Assembly (NCBI GenBank): GCA_025362825.1
Contig: JANYFF010000249.1
Location: 1-44,362, forward strand
Length of the DNA: 44,362 nucleotides
Direction: 5' to 3'
DNA from: Polaromonas sp.
GTDB taxonomy: Bacteria; Pseudomonadota; Gammaproteobacteria; Burkholderiales; Burkholderiaceae_C
A program made the translations under genes and the position numbers. How positions within the stretch are numbered: position 1 is the first letter of the stretch; every line of letters starts with the position of its first letter. Positions 38,832-44,362 of this stretch are shown here, piece by piece. The notes beneath the pieces were generated by a model. It worked only from the letters and a program-made list of their open reading frames with translations. It was not told where the DNA came from and did not search any database.

Positions 38832-40682
38832 ATGTTGTACAGGCTCGGAGCACTGAACACCAAACCGCGGTTGCTGGTCAGCATCGCCATTCTTGTGGGC
38901 TTTGTCTCGGCCATCGTGGCCATGTTGCTGTGGCTTGATGCGGCAACCAACACCAGCGCGAAAGTGACACGGCTGCGCGCAGCCGGTTTTCAGCTCGCAT
39001 TGGCACCCGATGGGCAGCCGCAAACCGGCCAGTGGGCGCGCGTTGCATTGCCGGACAACTGGAGCCGGCGAAGGCCTGACGCACAGGGCATTGGCTGGTA
39101 CCAACTGACCTTTGACCTGCCTGAAACCACCCTGGGCTCTGAAGGGGTGGCATTGCACGTCAAGCGTTTGAGCATGACGGCAGAGTTCTATTTGAACGGC
39201 CATCTCTTGTCCCCGCCGATGCAGGTCGCAGAGCCCATGCTGCGCATGTGGAACACCCCTCAGTACCGGTCGTTGCCGCAGGACTGGCTCAGGCCGGGGG
39301 AAAACGAGATTCAGGTTCGACTTTTTTCGTACCATGACTACAACGGTGGACTGGGTGTGGTGGATATCGGCCCTGACGCTGAGATATATAGCCTGTACCT
39401 GCGCACGCTTTTCTTCCACTCTACCGCCAGTGCGTCAGCGCTTGTGGCGCTGTTCGTCATCGGCCTGTTGGCGCTAGCCATCGGCCTGCGGTTCTCACGC
39501 GACGGCTCGCCACTGTTCATGGGCATGTCGTGCATGCTGTGGTCGGCACGGTTGCTCAACGACTACGTGCAGTCCATCCCCGTGGGCTGGCAATGGTGGG
39601 GCTGGGTCACGCACTCACTGGGCGGCTGGGTGCCGCTGCTGATGCTGATGTATTGCCACCGCTACCTGCAGATCCAGCGCCGTGGCCTGGAGCGCTTCAT
39701 GCTGATTTATACCGTCATCTGCACCGGGCTGATGGGGGCCTACCTGTTCTCGTGGATCAGCAAGGACGCGCTGGCGGTGATCTGGCTGCCCTTCAATATC
39801 GCCACCGACGTGTACATGCTGCACATCCTGTGGCGGCTGCTGCGCAGGTCGGTCAATGCGGCACCCTTCCTGCTGGCGATTGCGCTGGCGTTTTTTGTGG
39901 TGGCCGACCTGCATGACCGCGTTATCGTCACGGCCACGCTGGAACGCCTGGTGAGCTTTGACGCGACCTACTGGCGGCCGCTGTCTGGCGTGCTGCTGTC
40001 GTTTGCCTTTTGCCTGCTGGTGGCAGACCAGTTCATCGGCGTGGTGAATGAGGCCCGCAAGGGTGCGGCCGACCAGCAGCGCGCGGTCGCGTCAGAGCGC
40101 GAGCGCATCATGCGCGAGATGCACGACGGGCTGGGCGCGCAACTGATGACCGCCCTGCGCGGCATCGAACGCGGCGCCCTGGGCAAGGAACAGGTGGTGC
40201 AGTCGCTGCATGAGGGGCTGGACGAGCTGCGTTTGCTGATGGACAGTACCGACAACACCCAGCCGCTGCAGACCGCACTGGCCAACTGGCGCAACCGCTG
40301 GGACGGCCGGCTGGCAGCCACCGGGCTGACGCTGCAGTGGACGCTGGGCGATGCGCTGGAAGACATTGAGCTGCCTGGTGACACCGTGCTGCAAATCATG
40401 CGCGTGCTGCAGGAGGCCGGCGCCAACATCGTCAAGCATGCACAGGCCAGCGAAGCCGCCGTGAGCGCCCAGGTGCGTGCAGGTGCAAACGGCGTGCGCG
40501 CCTTTGTGCTGGAGATTGCCGACAACGGTATCGGCCTGCCATCACAGGACGCCTCGCGAGCGGGCCGCGGCATCCGCAACATGCGCCAGCGTGCGCAACA
40601 AATCGGCGCGACGTTTGAACTGATGGAGCGCAACGACGGCATGCCGGGCACCACAGTGCGGCTAAGCCTGCCGCTGGCCTGA
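38832..40682 (+). CDS. Second membrane sensor histidine kinase (7TM-DISM-like input + HisKA_3/HATPase)
   Basis: VALPDNW, GWYQLTF, FYLNG and LRPGENEI beta-sandwich motifs; ~7 TM; EMHDGLG H-box. AAAGGA RBS before ATG 38832. Confidence 0.92.
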   Translation: MLYRLGALNTKPRLLVSIAILVGFVSAIVAMLLWLDAATNTSAKVTRLRAAGFQLALAPDGQPQTGQWARVALPDNWSRRRPDAQGIGWYQLTFDLPETTLGSEGVALHVKRLSMTAEFYLNGHLLSPPMQVAEPMLRMWNTPQYRSLPQDWLRPGENEIQVRLFSYHDYNGGLGVVDIGPDAEIYSLYLRTLFFHSTASASALVALFVIGLLALAIGLRFSRDGSPLFMGMSCMLWSARLLNDYVQSIPVGWQWWGWVTHSLGGWVPLLMLMYCHRYLQIQRRGLERFMLIYTVICTGLMGAYLFSWISKDALAVIWLPFNIATDVYMLHILWRLLRRSVNAAPFLLAIALAFFVVADLHDRVIVTATLERLVSFDATYWRPLSGVLLSFAFCLLVADQFIGVVNEARKGAADQQRAVASERERIMREMHDGLGAQLMTALRGIERGALGKEQVVQSLHEGLDELRLLMDSTDNTQPLQTALANWRNRWDGRLAATGLTLQWTLGDALEDIELPGDTVLQIMRVLQEAGANIVKHAQASEAAVSAQVRAGANGVRAFVLEIADNGIGLPSQDASRAGRGIRNMRQRAQQIGATFELMERNDGMPGTTVRLSLPLA

Positions 40683-40800
40683 TTTCATTTCTAATTCCAT
40701 TTCAAAATCATTTCTGTCCAGGCGTCGAGCCGCTGGCAGTGCTGTAGCACGACAAGGCGAGACGACAACAACAACGACAGGGGATGATTTGGAAGTGGAA

Positions 40801-41454
40801 TCAGACGACCAGGCCGCGCCGCGCCGCTTCCATGGTCGCCTCGGCGCGCGAAGAGATGCCCAGCTTGCGGTAGATGTCGCGGATGTAGGTGCTGACAGTG
40901 TGCGCCGAAATGCCCAGCAGTTGGCCGACCTCGGGCACCTTGTAGCCCTTGGCGATCAGGCGCAACACATCGACTTCGCGCTCGGTCAAGGTTTTAGGAG
41001 ATTCGGCCTGCACTTCGGGCCGGAAATGCTTGAGCACGCGCAGCGCAATTGACGGTGACAGCGCAAGCTCGCCGGAGTCGATACGGCGCAATTGTCCGGC
41101 CACCACTTCACGCGGCTGTGACTTCAGGATGTATCCGCTGGCACCGGCACGCAGTGCCGGAAAGACGTGGGCGTCATCGTCATGGATGGTTGCAACGATG
41201 ACCAGTGCATCGGCGCGCGCCGCCACCAGTTCGCGAATCAGGTTCTCGCTGGTGCCATCGGGCAGGCCCCAGTCCACCAGCGCCAGCCCGTAGGTATAGC
41301 TGCGCATGCATTCACGCGCTTCTGCAAGGTTGGCGGCGGCATCCACGCGCCTGACGGCGGGCAAAACCTGCGGCAGGATTTCAGCCAGCCATTGGCGGGG
41401 CTCGTCGAGGTCTTCGACGATGAGTGCGCGTTCAAATGGCGAGGGTTGCATCAT
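40801..41454 (-). CDS. NarL/LuxR-family response regulator
   Basis: LIVED, LVDWGLPDG, GASGYILK and the HTH LTEREVDVLRLIAKG...TVSTYIRDIYRKL. Confidence 0.95.
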   Translation of the reverse strand: MMQPSPFERALIVEDLDEPRQWLAEILPQVLPAVRRVDAAANLAEARECMRSYTYGLALVDWGLPDGTSENLIRELVAARADALVIVATIHDDDAHVFPALRAGASGYILKSQPREVVAGQLRRIDSGELALSPSIALRVLKHFRPEVQAESPKTLTEREVDVLRLIAKGYKVPEVGQLLGISAHTVSTYIRDIYRKLGISSRAEATMEAARRGLVV

Positions 41455-41645
41455 GACTGGAGTCTAGCCCTACCTACCGGCACCCTCAAGAGCGCAAGCA
41501 CCGCATCGACTCCCCTGTTCAAGGGGGTCCCGGTACAAACTGGGGTCTTGCCAGGCGCAGCAGGCGGGAGGATTGACCGCATTGCGCGGTAAAAAGAAAT
41601 CGCCGACAACAGAACCGCCAACAGGCCAGGTAGGCCGGTCTGGAT

Positions 41646-42143
41646 TTACTTCTGGATATCACCCATCTTGCAGCCCTTGGACAGGAACATGCCGGTCAAG
41701 TGATCCTTGCGGGCCTGTGCCTGCTGGCCCTGCAGTGCCTGGTTTTGCTGCGCCGTCGCTGCCTGCTGCTGGGCCGCACCGCTGTTGGCGGCCTGCTGTG
41801 CCGTCGCGCCCTGGGTGATCTGCTGGGCGATGCCGCCAAACATATTGCCAAGGCCGCCGAATCCACCGAAGCTGCCGCCGCTGCGTGCGACCACATTGGC
41901 CAGCGCGGATTGCGCCACAGCGCCGGCCATCTGGCTGCCGGCATTGGCCGCAACGCTGTTGTCAGCAACTGCTGCGGGCGCTGCCTGGGCGGCACGGGCA
42001 ATCACGCCATCCATCTGGATGATTTCGCCGTAGATCTGCTGGCAATTCAAATCGTTGTCGGTCACCTTGACGCGGTCGATCGTTTGCGCGAAGCCTGCGC
42101 CGCAGACAGCCAGCAATACGGTCAGTACAAGGGTGTTTTTCAT
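41646..42143 (-). CDS. Secreted Gln/Ala/Gly-rich hypothetical protein with two mature-region Cys
   Basis: Signal peptide MKNTLVLTVLLAVCGAGFA, then DNDLNCQQIYGEI...glycine-rich core...ARKDHLTGMFLSKGC. Confidence 0.8.
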   Translation of the reverse strand: MKNTLVLTVLLAVCGAGFAQTIDRVKVTDNDLNCQQIYGEIIQMDGVIARAAQAAPAAVADNSVAANAGSQMAGAVAQSALANVVARSGGSFGGFGGLGNMFGGIAQQITQGATAQQAANSGAAQQQAATAQQNQALQGQQAQARKDHLTGMFLSKGCKMGDIQK

Positions 42144-42403
42144 AATGTCGCTCTTTCTGTGTGTTGAGAGGAAGGTAAAAATGATGGCGCCGGCCACCGC
42201 AGTCGAGGGCTTCATTGCCAGGCGATGGTCTGGGCGCAAGCGCTGGTCATGTCCAGGCCGGTCAGCGCGATACAAAAAAAAGGTGCAAAACGTAAAAGCA
42301 TGATCGCTACCTAAATTACGATTGGTAACGATAAACAGAGACGGCAAAAACGTCACCCCCTTAATCAGGGTACCAGTCGCTGGCAAGCGCTCAAAAACGT
42401 GAC

Positions 42404-42681
42404 TTATTTCACGTTTGCATGACCGCACAACCGGTCAATGAGGCCGTTCAGTTCATTCATGGAGGCGAACAGGATGGCCAGTTCGCCCATGTCTTCGCGG
42501 CGACTATTGCGTTTGTCCAACTTTTGATGCGCACCTCGACCCCGGCCATCAGCAGGTCTACTGGTTGCTACTCGAGGCAGCAGACATCGCAGGATTTCTT
42601 TTTGCTGGCTTTTGGCGGTTTGCGCAAGAACTTGGCGCTGAGGTTTCAACAAAATTTCCCGGCATGGTGGACAGCCAGATT
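42404..42681 (-). pseudogene. parB: Decayed 3' fragment of a parB-like gene
   Basis: Stitched frames read NLAVHHAGKF..NLSAKFLRKPPKASKKKSCDVCCLE*QPVDLLMAGVEVRIK / KRNSRREDMGELAILFASMNELNGLIDRL. This resembles the Comamonadaceae ParB C-terminus (recalled as KSRD..RVEEELSDLL.AEVEVR...EEMGELAIQFGSLD.LNGLI). Confidence 0.65.
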
Positions 42682-42747
42682 CCAGTTCACCGTATTCAAA
42701 TAGTCTGGCAGATACCCTATGCAGTTTGAGCTGGCTTCTGGCTCCAA

Positions 42748-43056
42748 TTACAGTGGCTTACCAGGTTTTTTCTTCAAGTTTTCGGGCATGGTCAGCGTGG
42801 TTTGATCCCATCCTTCAATTTCAAGGATTTTCTTCAGGCACTCTTCCATCTGCTCGTGCGCCTTTGCGGTAGCCTGCGCAATAGTGTGGTGTACGAGTTT
42901 GTCATTGACAGAATCGCTGGCGCAATTTATCTGGTATTCGTATAGGTCGCGCAACTCAAATATGGCGCGGCAAACCTGCGCCGGACAAGCGCACTGGTAC
43001 ACCAACGCCTGGTCGATGACTTTGCTGAGCTGTGCAGGATTAAATTGCTCTTTCAT
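42748..43056 (-). CDS. Small Cys/His-containing hypothetical protein (CACP motif)
   Basis: 102 aa, GGAG RBS, 23 bp downstream of the cyclase; YQCACPAQVC...YQINC...VHH...AH. Confidence 0.85.
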   Translation of the reverse strand: MKEQFNPAQLSKVIDQALVYQCACPAQVCRAIFELRDLYEYQINCASDSVNDKLVHHTIAQATAKAHEQMEECLKKILEIEGWDQTTLTMPENLKKKPGKPL

Positions 43057-43079
43057 TCGCGTTGCTCCGTTAGTTCTAT

Positions 43080-44096
43080 TTAAGCTGCGGAAGTGGAAAA
43101 CACGACACAGTCAACGGCCTTGTCAAAACCCCTGACCGAAACTCCCGACATGGCTTTTGGTGTCGGCGTCGTCACTTTCGCTGCCACATTGATACCGGTG
43201 GTGGCTACCACTTCGCCTGCGTTGGCCAAGCCGCACAAACGCGATGCCAGATGCACTGTCGCCCCGACAACATCGTATTGGCTCCTCTGTCCCGCTTGAT
43301 TGGAATCGCCGATCAGCCCTGCCAGTACCAGCCCCTGAGCGATGCCAATGCCGAAGGGGAACTTTGAGTCGCTGTGGAGCGCTGCAAGTTCGAGGCCGCA
43401 ACGCAGCGCAAGATAAGATCGCCCCATGCCCTTGAATACGGCCATTACACCGTCGCCTGTGTACTTGATTACCGAGCCTTGGTATTTTTGAACATGTCGG
43501 GTCTGGGTACTTAGCAACTGGTTCAGTTGCTCAAAGAATTCACGCGGAGGCATTTCTCTTATCAACTGGGACGAGCCTCGAATATCGGTAAAGAGTACAG
43601 CAGCTTCAAACATTTCAGCCTCGCTGTTACCGCCATGCTCGATAACTGGCAAAGCGCCTTCGGGCACAAGCATGGCCAGGCGTTCAATCCTGGTAGTCAT
43701 CTCTCGAGAGTCTGCTTTAACCCTGAGAATTTCTTTCAAGGTCATAAAAAAGCGCTCGTCAGACAGCGGCTTTTCAATGACCACGTCGATACTCTGGGTT
43801 TGCGTTGCCCAAGCTCGAACAACCTTAAGTGCGGGACCAGGTGAAACGATGACGATCATTGCGGCCCGTGGAACCATCGACTTCAGAGTGCTGCAAACGG
43901 TAAGACTGTCAGGTCGGTCGAAATGAAAATTAAAGACCATCACATCTGGCTGACTGATCTCTAAAATTTTCGGCAACTCCAGGGTATTGGAGACCTGTTG
44001 AACATCGCAGAAACCACGGCCTGACAGGTCATCCAACAGCACTGACGATGTGTAGCTGTCGCTGTCGACAAGCAGGAGCCTGGAATTTTTCGTCAT
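43080..44096 (-). CDS. Class III adenylate cyclase with an N-terminal atypical receiver domain
   Basis: LFTDIRGS, KYTGDG, GIGIAQG, YDVVG and VHLASR. REC-like N-terminus LLLVDSD...PDVMVFN...EKPL. Confidence 0.9.
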   Translation of the reverse strand: MTKNSRLLLVDSDSYTSSVLLDDLSGRGFCDVQQVSNTLELPKILEISQPDVMVFNFHFDRPDSLTVCSTLKSMVPRAAMIVIVSPGPALKVVRAWATQTQSIDVVIEKPLSDERFFMTLKEILRVKADSREMTTRIERLAMLVPEGALPVIEHGGNSEAEMFEAAVLFTDIRGSSQLIREMPPREFFEQLNQLLSTQTRHVQKYQGSVIKYTGDGVMAVFKGMGRSYLALRCGLELAALHSDSKFPFGIGIAQGLVLAGLIGDSNQAGQRSQYDVVGATVHLASRLCGLANAGEVVATTGINVAAKVTTPTPKAMSGVSVRGFDKAVDCVVFSTSAA

Positions 44097-44221
44097 CTTT
44101 GGCTTCGAGGTTCCAGGACCGATAATTTTTGACTTTGTAGCGCCACTGGCCAGTTTCAAGGCTGCTCCAGCTCGCGATGCCAGGTTGATTTCACAAGCAA
44201 TACCCGAAATTTATCTTAGCT

Positions 44222-44337
44222 TATTGACTCGGCCCTGTGAGATATGAACCGTTTGCCCTGAACCTGTCGAAGGGTTTCGCTGGCTCCGACAAGCTCAGCC
44301 CGAACGGAAATGAAGACGTCACCGGGCCGGACCAATA
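44222..44337. mobile_element. MITE/REPIN-like element: outer imperfect IRs around an inner REP-type hairpin
   Basis: Outer TATTGACTCGGCCCTGTGA / TCACCGGGCCGGACCAATA. Inner CCGTTTGCCCTGAACCTGTCGAAG...CTCCGACAAGCTCAGCCCGAACGG (44249-44307). Confidence 0.7.
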
Positions 44338-44362
44338 GTGAATCTTGCAGTCAGCTGCGAAG

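Noticed and set aside
40681-40790. CATTTC-like and ACA/ACG short repeats between kinase 2 and the response regulator
   Set aside because: Low-complexity sequence with no regular period or spacers; not a CRISPR array or recognisable element.

Overview
A GC-rich betaproteobacterial chromosomal segment; gene content and repeat families suggest Comamonadaceae (Polaromonas/Rhodoferax-like), which is an inference. The core genes are the pckG 3' end, LysR/TetR regulators, Bug/TctC solute-binding proteins, bktB, a PHB-depolymerase-family esterase, acetoacetate-CoA ligase, an NCS2 permease, AsmA, a thioesterase, a PduO-type adenosyltransferase, MscS and an FAD-linked D-2-hydroxyacid oxidase. An accessory catabolic block (~12.3-23.1 kb) holds a TPP-dependent E1 alpha/beta + CMD + Bug + LysR operon with no E2/E3. 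It also holds a sulfatase/Bug/LysR module between two decayed IS630 elements, followed by a 161-bp MITE. The right end is a signalling block: two membrane sensor kinases with near-identical kinase cores, one NarL-type regulator, a secreted Gln/Ala/Gly-rich protein, and a pseudo-receiver adenylate cyclase with a small CxC protein. The most unusual observations are: (i) two apparent short repeat elements read in frame inside the acetoacetate-CoA ligase, one of them also present as intergenic copies here; (ii) the cyclase/CxC-protein pair; (iii) an orphan atpE joined to fragments of two other genes; (iv) a decayed parB 3' fragment; (v) a TPR-2OG-Fe(II) oxygenase fusion. All family calls come from motif recognition by eye; no searches were run.
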